A DNA stretch of 32,000 nt. It comes from Promethearchaeota archaeon (GTDB lineage: Archaea; Asgardarchaeota; Thorarchaeia; Thorarchaeales; Thorarchaeaceae). The notes beneath the pieces were generated by a model that was not told where the DNA came from, did no database searches, and saw only the letters and a program-made list of their open reading frames with translations. The stretch is from contig JALVPN010000040.1 in assembly GCA_027031765.1 (NCBI GenBank), forward strand, positions 121,536 to 153,535. The letters run 5' to 3'. Of the stretch, positions 1 through 7,484 are shown in pieces; the first letter of the stretch is position 1, and each line of letters begins with the position of its first letter. The position numbers and the translations under genes were made by a program.

Positions 1-65
1 CGGACGCGTTCCGGCTCAGTCACAGTTACTCTGTCAGGACGGTCTGCATGGGCCAAGCACAAGCG

Positions 66-71
66 TTTTAT
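66..71 (+). promoter_or_regulatory. Putative TATA box for nac
   Basis: TTTTAT about 45 bp upstream of the ATG at 117; based on position only. Confidence 0.4.
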
Positions 72-116
72 CGTTCATAATACTGATGGAAAACGACAAG
101 GAGCGAGAGATCTGAG

Positions 117-491
117 ATGGGCTTCAGGGGAATGTCACCACGTCAGATTGCCCGGCTAATGAAGAAGATGGGAATCGAGCAGAAAGAGGTCGAGGGTGTC
201 AAGTCGGTCAGAATCCTGTTTGCAGACAAGGAGTGGGTAATTGAGAGCCCGCAGGTCCTCCTGATAAAGCAGGCAGGTAGCGAGTCGTTCCAAATCTCGG
301 GCAAGAGGACGGAGAGAGCACCCGACGAACAGAGAGAGGCTGAAGTGGAAAGGCCAAAAGTAGAGATACCGATGGAGGACGTCATGCTTGTCGCAAGCCA
401 AGCAGGTGTGGATCCGGAGGCGGCCAGACAGGCCTTGCTTGAAACTGATGGTGACCTAGCAGCAGCAATCCTGAAACTGAAGCACTCGTGA
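117..491 (+). CDS. nac: Nascent polypeptide-associated complex protein (archaeal NAC)
   Basis: N-terminal SPRQIARLMKKMGI and NAC beta-barrel (V..V.I...DKEWVIESPQV), plus a C-terminal UBA-like EDVMLVASQAGV...ARQALLETDGDLAAAILKL. Confidence 0.95.
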   Translation: MGFRGMSPRQIARLMKKMGIEQKEVEGVKSVRILFADKEWVIESPQVLLIKQAGSESFQISGKRTERAPDEQREAEVERPKVEIPMEDVMLVASQAGVDPEAARQALLETDGDLAAAILKLKHS

Positions 492-494
492 AGT

Positions 495-1124
495 CTAGTA
501 GCCTTCAAGACGCTCACGAATCATTCTGATTCGAAAGAAGTCCTCCCGCTCCCGCTCTTCAAGTGCTAGTTTCACAAAGTGAACTGTTGCTTCGAGGCGA
601 GGGAGGACCGTGTTTTCCAGTGCGGAAACACGTCGTTTCGTGCGTTCAATTTCAAGCGCAAGACGTTTGACCGTTGACTCCACCTCTGCAAGGCGGATGA
701 TGGCAGTGAGGGCTTTCTTGAACGTCGCGGCCATTTCGTCGAACTGAGCAGTGGAGTCAATCATCGAGTAGGGGACTTCAGGAGTATGCTGTTCGAGGGA
801 AATCACAGGTACGCGGACGCCCATCAGTGACCTGGGAGATATCATTAGTTCGGCATCAGTTCCACTTGCCTCTGCAAACTCAAACACTCTCGCAGGCCCC
901 ATTACCATCTTTGCTTGTGTCAGTGCAGTAAAGGCTTCACTGAGCAGGGACTCGACAGCAGCACGGACACTACGAATCTCGGCAATGGCATTGAAGAACT
1001 CCATCGTAAGCGAGTCGCACTTCTCCTTTAGCAGGTCATGTCCTCTCTCAGCCAGCCGCATTCGACTCTTGAAACGCAGCAATTCCATCCGTGTTGCCTT
1101 TGTCCCCGGGATAATCTTGCTCAT
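495..1124 (-). CDS. atpD: V/A-type ATP synthase subunit D
   Basis: ATRMELLRFKSRMRLAERGHDLLKEK, IEKT/RRVSALE-type motif (IERTKRRVSALE) and C-terminal LEEREREDFFRI; GGAGTGG RBS upstream. Confidence 0.95.
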   Translation of the reverse strand: MSKIIPGTKATRMELLRFKSRMRLAERGHDLLKEKCDSLTMEFFNAIAEIRSVRAAVESLLSEAFTALTQAKMVMGPARVFEFAEASGTDAELMISPRSLMGVRVPVISLEQHTPEVPYSMIDSTAQFDEMAATFKKALTAIIRLAEVESTVKRLALEIERTKRRVSALENTVLPRLEATVHFVKLALEEREREDFFRIRMIRERLEGY

Positions 1125-1186
1125 ATGGGGCCACTCCTGAGGTCAGTGGTTCTGCAAGCCAGGTATGAAATCATCTGCCGCCAAGC

Positions 1187-1465
1187 CTAGGCGAAAATCA
1201 CGGCCAGTGATGCAACGACAACAACCAGCGTGCACGAGAGGCTCCAGTTGAGGAGGTGATGGGCACCCTGCTGCGGATGCTCGTCAATCATGCCGGTCGT
1301 AAGTAGTGTCATCAAGGAGATGAACAAGAATGCAAATGGCAGTGAGGCAGACTTGCTCGTGAGGGGTGTCTTTGTAGCGAGGATAATGGCTGCAAGTGCA
1401 CCAAAGACCAAGAAACTAAGAATCATAACAGATAGAAGGACATGCTGGACTCTCTCTGTATCCAT
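1187..1465 (-). CDS. Small membrane protein with about 3 predicted transmembrane helices, function unknown
   Basis: 92-aa ATG ORF with three hydrophobic stretches separated by short polar loops; same strand as atpD with a 62-bp gap. Confidence 0.7.
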   Translation of the reverse strand: MDTERVQHVLLSVMILSFLVFGALAAIILATKTPLTSKSASLPFAFLFISLMTLLTTGMIDEHPQQGAHHLLNWSLSCTLVVVVASLAVIFA

Positions 1466-1829
1466 TTCAGTATACTCCCTTGTCGGTCACACGCAGGGTG
1501 AGTGGATTCCGACGTTGTCAGTTGAAAAAGGTTTTGACATGTGTTCCAACGGACTGTGCAGAACGGAGCCGGGTAACGAAGTTGATGATGGAAACGACCC
1601 CTACTGGCACTGCGGTACCGTGGTGCTGCCAACTTTGACGGGACACCGAATTCGGAGGGTAGTGTAGTACTGAGCTCAGTTTCGATACCCTCGACTAGGG
1701 GTACGAAGTGGAGTGTACAAAACGCCACAACCAACGAGCTCACTAGTGGCAGCGCAGGCCCTCAGCCAACTAGTCCCATGTGCAGGCACTTCATATGATT
1801 CAGGGACAACAATACTGAAACCACACCAC

Positions 1830-1835
1830 TTATAT
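1830..1835 (+). promoter_or_regulatory. Putative TATA box of the AAA+/RHH operon
   Basis: TTATAT about 50-60 bp upstream of the start (GTG 1884 or ATG 1893). Confidence 0.5.
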
Positions 1836-1845
1836 CCGGCCCGCT

Positions 1846-1870
1846 GTATTACACAAACTACTCGTGATAC
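1846..1870. repeat. Heptad pair GTATTAC (1846) / GTGATAC (1864), 18-bp offset
   Basis: Read directly; it lies between the TATA box and the start codon of the AAA+ gene. Confidence 0.65.
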
Positions 1871-1883
1871 GGCTAGGTAGGCT

Positions 1884-2867
1884 GTGCAGACAATGACTAT
1901 TGCAGTCCATGAAAGTGCACTAATACGACACTTCAACACTCGCAGAGAGACCTTACGTGCGTGGGAGGAACGCATTGGTGCCCGCTTCTCACCGTTTCGT
2001 GGGTTCAAGATGCCAGACAGTCGCTTGTACTGTGAACATCCAGATTTTCTGGACAGCATAGTGGACCTGATAATAACCAACGAACGGCACATATTCCTCC
2101 GGGGACCTGTCGGCTCTGGCAAAAGCACGCTGATGTTGCTGGCGCTGAGAGACTTGCCGACTTTGGCAGACCGCCGTGGTAACAAGTTCATTACAGGATA
2201 CGTAGGGATGACAGGGCTCTATGAGAAACAGATGGCGGCCGCAATAGCAGACTCGTTGCGTGTCAAGTACCGCCGGTCATGGGAATCGAGTCAAATCATT
2301 GAGGCTGTGGCGAGAGAGTGCGTCAGGCGGTACGTTGAGGAGCACTGTCGTACGGCGTTGTTCATAGAGGATGTGGCTGACAATCAGGAAGCTGCATTCC
2401 ACAAGCTCCGTTATCTAGCGGATCTCCCAACAGAGGAGATGAAAGAAGAATATGGGGGGGCCCTAGACGAGCCAGTAGTGACTTTGATTATGAGTGGCAC
2501 CATGATGTATTGGAATGCCATGTTGAGCTTCTTGCCGCAGATAGCCGATAGGACAGAACCCCTTGATGTGCCACCATTTGATGACGCGAAGGCAAAGGAG
2601 TTCATAGGACGACGACTGGCATACGCACGCGGTGAGATTGACAGCTTCGACCCTAATGACTTTGACATCTATCCCTTTGAGGAAGAGGCTATCGAGATAA
2701 TAAATGCTGCAGCTAGGGGGAACCCGCGGGACATAAGGATGCTCGCAAGAGGTTGCCAACAGGTGGCTGCTGAGCGGCTCAAGGAAACTGGGGACCCATC
2801 AATTACAGTTGAGATAGCAACACTCGTTGTCGATGCATATTCCGCACTTTTGAAGGAGGTGCAGTGA
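1884..2867 (+). CDS. ExeA/GspA-like AAA+ ATPase (short form, no peptidoglycan-binding or winged-helix tail); start may be ATG 1893
   Basis: FSPF...PD..Y leader, Walker A GPVGSGKS, Walker B variant ALFIEDV, sensor-1 strand LIMSGT, then PFDDAKAKEFIGRRL and FEEEAIEIINAAARGNPRDIRML. This is the ExeA (COG3267-like) layout. Confidence 0.8.
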   Translation: MQTMTIAVHESALIRHFNTRRETLRAWEERIGARFSPFRGFKMPDSRLYCEHPDFLDSIVDLIITNERHIFLRGPVGSGKSTLMLLALRDLPTLADRRGNKFITGYVGMTGLYEKQMAAAIADSLRVKYRRSWESSQIIEAVARECVRRYVEEHCRTALFIEDVADNQEAAFHKLRYLADLPTEEMKEEYGGALDEPVVTLIMSGTMMYWNAMLSFLPQIADRTEPLDVPPFDDAKAKEFIGRRLAYARGEIDSFDPNDFDIYPFEEEAIEIINAAARGNPRDIRMLARGCQQVAAERLKETGDPSITVEIATLVVDAYSALLKEVQ

Positions 2868-3178
2868 CTGTGAGCCTTCTGGGAAAGTACAGGCGTGAGG
2901 AGAAAGAGAGAGGCGAAGAGGAGCCGAAAAGAACACCTGCTGCCACTAGCAGTACACGCGTGGTAAGACGCCGGTCTACGGCCTCTTCAGTTCCCAACAA
3001 GGAGCGGAAAAGCCCGATAATGAGCTTCTCTGTGGCCTCTGACCTGCGTGCCTGTCTGCAGGCCGTCAGGATGGAGAAGGCAATCAATCTGAGCATGTGG
3101 GTTGAACGCACACTTAGGGAGGCTGTAATCAGAGAGTTCCCAGAGATTGCACAGGCTCATCTCCGTAGTGATGCATAG
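2864..3178 (+). CDS. Small protein with a flexible charged N-terminus and a C-terminal ribbon-helix-helix DNA-binding domain
   Basis: GTGA overlap with the ATPase stop. The C-terminus has a strand IMSFSV, helix ASDLRACLQAVRMEK, turn AIN and helix LSMWVERTLREAV, which is the RHH pattern. Confidence 0.7.
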   Translation: MTVSLLGKYRREEKERGEEEPKRTPAATSSTRVVRRRSTASSVPNKERKSPIMSFSVASDLRACLQAVRMEKAINLSMWVERTLREAVIREFPEIAQAHLRSDA

Positions 3179-3276
3179 TGCGACCCGCATATGTCAAGTC
3201 CACTTGTCCCCACCGGCCACTCAATACCCAAAGAAATCACGTCCTACGCCTAACGCTGGAAAACCCAGTCCTACTG

Positions 3277-3292
3277 GTATTAGGAGTAATAC
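3277..3292. repeat. Heptad pair GTATTAG (3277) / GTAATAC (3286), 9-bp offset (can also form a small hairpin)
   Basis: Read directly in the convergent intergenic gap after the RHH gene. Confidence 0.55.
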
Positions 3293-3394
3293 AGCCAGAC
3301 AGCCCTGGATTCCTCTCCATGGTAGCAATCTGGGTGGGTTCCCGGGATTGAAACAGTAGTCGAGGCAGACAAGGTAGTAGGTGACCGCAGAAAG

Positions 3395-4810
3395 TCACAT
3401 GGTGCGTCGTCCTTTCAGCTCCGAGTACTCAACAACCTTCGCGATGGCAAGGCACGCCGTATGAGGGTCATCATAGCAGGGGATACGGTTCATCTCAAGG
3501 AGATCCTTGCCTGGCTTTCCTACATCACCAGCAAGCCAAACACCCACCACGGGCTTGTCTGCACCCGCAAGCCGTGCCCCCTCCAGAGTACCGGCCGCAT
3601 GTTCTGTCTGTGTCATTCCTGCGAAGGTCGGCACGCCACATATTACCAATAGAGTATCGATATTTTCATCACTGAGTAGTAGCTCAGTAGCAACACGGTA
3701 CTCACGGCGTCCGCCGCTTGCCACCACGTCTACGGGGTTGCGAGTGGCGGCCATCGGGGAAAGAATCTGGCGGAGCTCACGGCGCGTTTCCTTGGACAGC
3801 TCAGGTACGTTCAATCCAAAGTACGATGCGGCGTCGGCCGCAAGAACACCTGCACCGCCGGTATTACTGATGATACCAATATTACGGCCACACGGCGAAG
3901 GTTGGTAGTCAAAGAGTTTGCACACCTCAAGCAGTGAGTCGAGGGTAGGAATCATGACGGCCCCGGCTTGGCGAACCATACCTTCGAATATTTTTGCTGA
4001 GCCGGCCAGTGAGCCTGTGTGTGACTGTGTGGCACGACCGCCGGCCTTACTGAGCCCGCCCTTTAGCACTACCACGGGCTTTGCCATTGCGGCCTGTCTG
4101 AGAGACTCGAAGAAAGGACGGCCTTTGTCTACGCCTTCCACATAGATTGCTATGACGTGGGTCCTATCATCTTCTGTGAAATACCTAAGCACCTCTGAGA
4201 AACTGACATCAGCCGCGTTCCCCAAACTCGCAAACTTGCTGACCCCAATCCTCTTCGCACGTGTATTGTATATGGTCATTCCACCAAGAGCACCACTCTG
4301 TGAGAGAAGGGCTATGTTCCCACGTTCTGGCATCATAGTGAAAGTCCCGTTGAAGAGACGGCTGTTCGAAACTCCGACACAGTTGGGGCCTATGATGCGC
4401 ACACCTGCTTCCCGAGCTGCATGCACGAGCTGGTTTTCCAGCTGCTTCCCTTCGGGGCCGGTTTCGCTGAAGCCACCAGAAATTACAACAGCATGGCGTG
4501 CTCCGGCGGCCCGAACCTCGTACATGAGTGCAGGACAGTACTTCGCCGCTACTGCAATGATTACTAGGTCGACTGGCACCGGTAGTTGGCGGAGGCTGGG
4601 GTATGCACGTACGCCCAACACACGCTCGCGACTCCGCGTTACAGGGAACACCTCAACCTCGGACGCAAGGAGATTCATGAGAATCGAGTTGCCTAGCTTC
4701 CGATAGTCGGCTGACGCCCCAACTAGAGCGACTCTGCGTGGATTGAAGAAAGGATCCAAATCATTGTAGGCGTCATATTCGCCGTATGACATAGGCAAGG
4801 GCGACAACAC
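3395..4810 (-). CDS. acdA: Acetate/acyl-CoA ligase (ADP-forming), alpha subunit; exact start uncertain (4810-4792)
   Basis: FFNPRRVALVGAS CoA-binding fold, RIIGPNCVG, SQSGALG, SLGNAADV, phospho-His loop HTGSLAG, NTGGAGVLAAD and NPVDV. Confidence 0.9.
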   Translation of the reverse strand: MLSPLPMSYGEYDAYNDLDPFFNPRRVALVGASADYRKLGNSILMNLLASEVEVFPVTRSRERVLGVRAYPSLRQLPVPVDLVIIAVAAKYCPALMYEVRAAGARHAVVISGGFSETGPEGKQLENQLVHAAREAGVRIIGPNCVGVSNSRLFNGTFTMMPERGNIALLSQSGALGGMTIYNTRAKRIGVSKFASLGNAADVSFSEVLRYFTEDDRTHVIAIYVEGVDKGRPFFESLRQAAMAKPVVVLKGGLSKAGGRATQSHTGSLAGSAKIFEGMVRQAGAVMIPTLDSLLEVCKLFDYQPSPCGRNIGIISNTGGAGVLAADAASYFGLNVPELSKETRRELRQILSPMAATRNPVDVVASGGRREYRVATELLLSDENIDTLLVICGVPTFAGMTQTEHAAGTLEGARLAGADKPVVGVWLAGDVGKPGKDLLEMNRIPCYDDPHTACLAIAKVVEYSELKGRRTM

Positions 4811-4948
4811 ACCTGATTTATGTGTAACTAGTGAAATTCAGTACGGAAGTACTTGTAGACCATTTCGGGGGTTGGGTACAAAAGTGTCATGGGATGTCTG
4901 CAACGTACGCACGGTGTCCGGCCTAAGAGGGGAGGGCAGCGCCGCTCT

Positions 4949-4991
4949 GTAATAGTGCTGTATAGTGTATGGGTCGTATTGCGTGTATTAC
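4949..4991. repeat. Heptad array in 9-bp register: GTAATAG 4949, GTATGGG 4967, GTATTGC 4976, GTATTAC 4985
   Basis: Read directly; offsets are 18, 9 and 9 bp. Confidence 0.6.
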
Positions 4992-5389
4992 GACCATGGA
5001 TGAGCTTTGGACGCGAGCGAGAAACAACTGACATTCAACATTAGAGCAAAGTAGAACGCCAATGTAACTCCACATCTGCTAGAAGCGGTGCAGATTGAGC
5101 CAGACAGATGGCCTATTCGATACCCCGCAGACTTGTCATGAGGACAATCATGTGTGTTGCAGCTTCAAGGGCTAGTGGACTCAGGCGGCAGTTTGCGGCA
5201 CAGAAGCTGCAGAGATATTTCAATGCAAATCGTGCAGCAAGGGGGCAAGAGTACCCACTACGTGTTATCTCAACGGATCTGCGTACGTCAAGTATTCCAA
5301 GCCACCCAGCAACAACAAGGCAGTCAGTGCCGAGTCACGCAGCACACTCATGTGTAGCGGAACTGTAGAATACACTCTGCACCCAAGCG

Positions 5390-5423
5390 GTATTGTTCAT
5401 ATAACAGGTAATACGCGTGATAC
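5390..5423. repeat. Heptad array: GTATTGT 5390, (ATATAAC 5399), GTAATAC 5408, GTGATAC 5417
   Basis: Read directly; 9-bp register. Confidence 0.6.
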
Positions 5424-5746
5424 GTCACGTAGATGCTCCTCTTTGGCGAAACGTCCACGCTCGCCAATTGAAATGGAGCAGGAAGTGGTAGCTGGCAGCA
5501 GACAGAACACCAAACTCTGTAGCAAGAAACCCGGGCCACCGGGGTTCTACGAGGCACTGGAACCGTATAACACTACAACCGAGGCCGTACGTCAATCCGA
5601 CATCACAACGTGGATCACTATCACTACAAGGAACCACAAGTAGCCGACATGCCGGTCACCTTTGGACACACGACATAGGGCGGTAACTACGCAGTACGTG
5701 GGGCTCCATCCATAGGCGAAACCCGCGTGCAAGCCGCCTGCATTCG

Positions 5747-5779
5747 TTAATACTCGTAATACTAGTGATACAGCAATAC
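5747..5779. repeat. Heptad array: TTAATAC 5747, GTAATAC 5756, GTGATAC 5765, GCAATAC 5773
   Basis: Read directly; offsets are 9, 9 and 8 bp. Confidence 0.65.
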
Positions 5780-6063
5780 GGCCAATCCACATCTACAGCA
5801 TGGTGAACCAGGAAGATTCAGCACCCGCTGCTGTTCTAAGATTAGAACTATGTATTCCTGTTGTCAAGAATATAGTGAGTGTGTCGTACCAGACAGAAGC
5901 ATATAGACCACGAGCAATCCAGTCCAACTGCACCGTCCAGCATCTCTATCTCCTCGGAACAGACCTCCAGATTTGGGTACGGTGTCAGAAGGACACTCAG
6001 GTCTGCAAGAGGTACGACACACTCGAGCCCGGTCTACACTCACTACAGGCCAGGCAGTTCTAG

Positions 6064-6615
6064 CTAGTCCAGACGTAGCGCAAGCGGAGACTGCAACAAG
6101 TCCAGTGCGTCAAGAACCACGCGTTCAGCAGCCCTGTACGCTTCAACGTCCTCTGGGGAGAGAGAGTGCCTTGCTGCGAGTGCTTCGCGGATGCTGCGGT
6201 ATGCACCAACCCTAGTCGCTACCTCCTCGAAGGGCCTGAAAATACTGAGCTCAAAGAGGCCCAGATACGCCAGGACGAGCAGGGTATAGATGGAACGCAT
6301 GACATTTCGCCGCGCTTGCTTCAGAGTTCTGTTGAAGGCGCCGCGCGAAACCCCCTTTCCACCGCGCGGCCCTCTACCCCTAAGTGACGCCTTCTGTTCG
6401 TATGAAACGCGGCCCTCTGATGCATCATCTGTGAGGAGATCAATCAACAGTGTTTCGAGCTGCGTGCTGGTCAGACTGGAGCGTTCAAGAAGAATGCGCA
6501 AGATTGGCTCCCGTAGCACAAGGCGCACTTGTGATACCATCTCCGTCAACGACCCGTCATCTTTTCTTTCTTCGTTCAACAGCTCACGCTCCGCCACTGA
6601 TGAAACGGCGCTCAT
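6064..6615 (-). CDS. Conserved archaeal hypothetical protein with an HTH-like core; start moved from 6786 to ATG 6615
   Basis: LLERSSLTSTQLETLLID...KASLR...GVSRGAFNRTLKQARRNVMRSIYTLLVLAYLG resembles an uncharacterised family I recall from TACK/Asgard archaea. The first 57 codons of the track ORF look non-coding. Confidence 0.8.
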   Translation of the reverse strand: MSAVSSVAERELLNEERKDDGSLTEMVSQVRLVLREPILRILLERSSLTSTQLETLLIDLLTDDASEGRVSYEQKASLRGRGPRGGKGVSRGAFNRTLKQARRNVMRSIYTLLVLAYLGLFELSIFRPFEEVATRVGAYRSIREALAARHSLSPEDVEAYRAAERVVLDALDLLQSPLALRLD

Positions 6616-6734
6616 ATTGGCCAATTCACGCGAATCGTCGCTATAAGGCCGTCTGCAAATCCATGTCCACCGGGGGTCCGGGTGGATACAATTCTGTATA
6701 CGGCAGAGCTTAAAGCCATATCTGTGTATGAGGC

Positions 6735-6750
6735 GTGATAGGCGTATTAC
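6735..6750. repeat. Heptad pair GTGATAG (6735) / GTATTAC (6744), 9-bp offset
   Basis: Read directly, between the 6615 start and the 6762 stop. Confidence 0.55.
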
Positions 6751-6761
6751 ACTCGATTCAA

Positions 6762-7265
6762 TTATGGCCGTGTTGGCACCCACCAAGACTCCTCAGGAGG
6801 AACAAATGTAAATGCAAGGACGAGATTGCCACGAACCTGGTCAAACTCATAGACTGCAAACGTTATTGACTCATCATCCCGATGCCACGAAACATATCTG
6901 AGCGCAACTTGACGTCTGAAAAACGCCCGACAATAGCGACGTACCGCGATGAACAGATTGCGATACCGGCGGCGCTGCGACGGGCGGATCCCCCAACGTT
7001 CGAGGATGAACCGGTTCGCGAGGGAGTTGCTAGATATGAGGATTGGATGCATCACCCTCGTTGACCGACCAGCAACAGCAGACTCAAGCATGCGTCTAAG
7101 GCAAGCAGGAATCCCGGCAAGCACAGATGGGGTCGCGGCTAGGTCTACTGCACCAGTCCCTCCAGAATTGACGGATGTCATCACCATCAGAAGGATAGTT
7201 TGGTCATCCGCAATAAAAACACCCCAAAATTCGCCGCCGCCACAACTCTCTGCATGACAATGCAC
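6762..7265 (-). CDS. Hypothetical basic protein (true start probably downstream, near M27-M29)
   Basis: Protein-like, Arg-rich core MHPILISSNSLANRFILERWGIRPSQRRRYRNLF followed by beta-rich FAVYEFDQVRGNLVLAFTFV; co-oriented with the 6064 gene. Confidence 0.65.
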   Translation of the reverse strand: MHCHAESCGGGEFWGVFIADDQTILLMVMTSVNSGGTGAVDLAATPSVLAGIPACLRRMLESAVAGRSTRVMHPILISSNSLANRFILERWGIRPSQRRRYRNLFIAVRRYCRAFFRRQVALRYVSWHRDDESITFAVYEFDQVRGNLVLAFTFVPPEESWWVPTRP

Positions 7266-7364
7266 GACTTATCCAACGCATCAATGATGTCATGAATCGT
7301 CATGCAATCAGAGAGGAACCGACAGAGCACCACTGGTACATGCGACACGGGAATGTGACAAGTT

Positions 7365-7398
7365 GTATTGGTACTCATGTGAGTAATACGACCAATAC
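7365..7398. repeat. Heptad array: GTATTGG 7365, GTAATAC 7383, CCAATAC 7392
   Basis: Read directly; offsets are 18 and 9 bp, in the divergent gap before hypF. Confidence 0.6.
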
Positions 7399-7484
7399 GA
7401 ATATTATCAGTGGAATATAGTGCACGATTTGCCACTTCATCGTATTAATATCGGCACAAGAAATAGAGCGGCTAGGGACTCCCT

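Noticed and set aside
615-629. ORB-like TTCCAGTGCGGAAAC inside atpD
   Set aside because: It has a two-base insertion, no G-string, and lies in coding sequence; likely chance.
1681-1707. Hairpin TTCG-A-TACCC...GGGTA-CGAA as a terminator or ncRNA
   Set aside because: Short stem with a bulge, no U-tract, and not positioned after a gene end.
1884-2867. AAA+ ATPase as the missing Cdc6/Orc1 initiator
   Set aside because: It is only 327 aa with no C-terminal winged helix, and its N-terminal and lid motifs follow the ExeA pattern rather than Orc1.
1884-3178. Transposon (TniB/TnsC-like ATPase) or integrated plasmid
   Set aside because: No transposase, integrase, terminal inverted repeats, att/tRNA site or obvious compositional shift. 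It cannot be fully excluded as an ancient remnant.
5108-6063. Track ORFs 5108-5368, 5350-5643 and 5800-6063 as real genes
   Set aside because: They are short and overlap each other or the heptad arrays, with no RBS or recognisable motif and non-protein-like composition.
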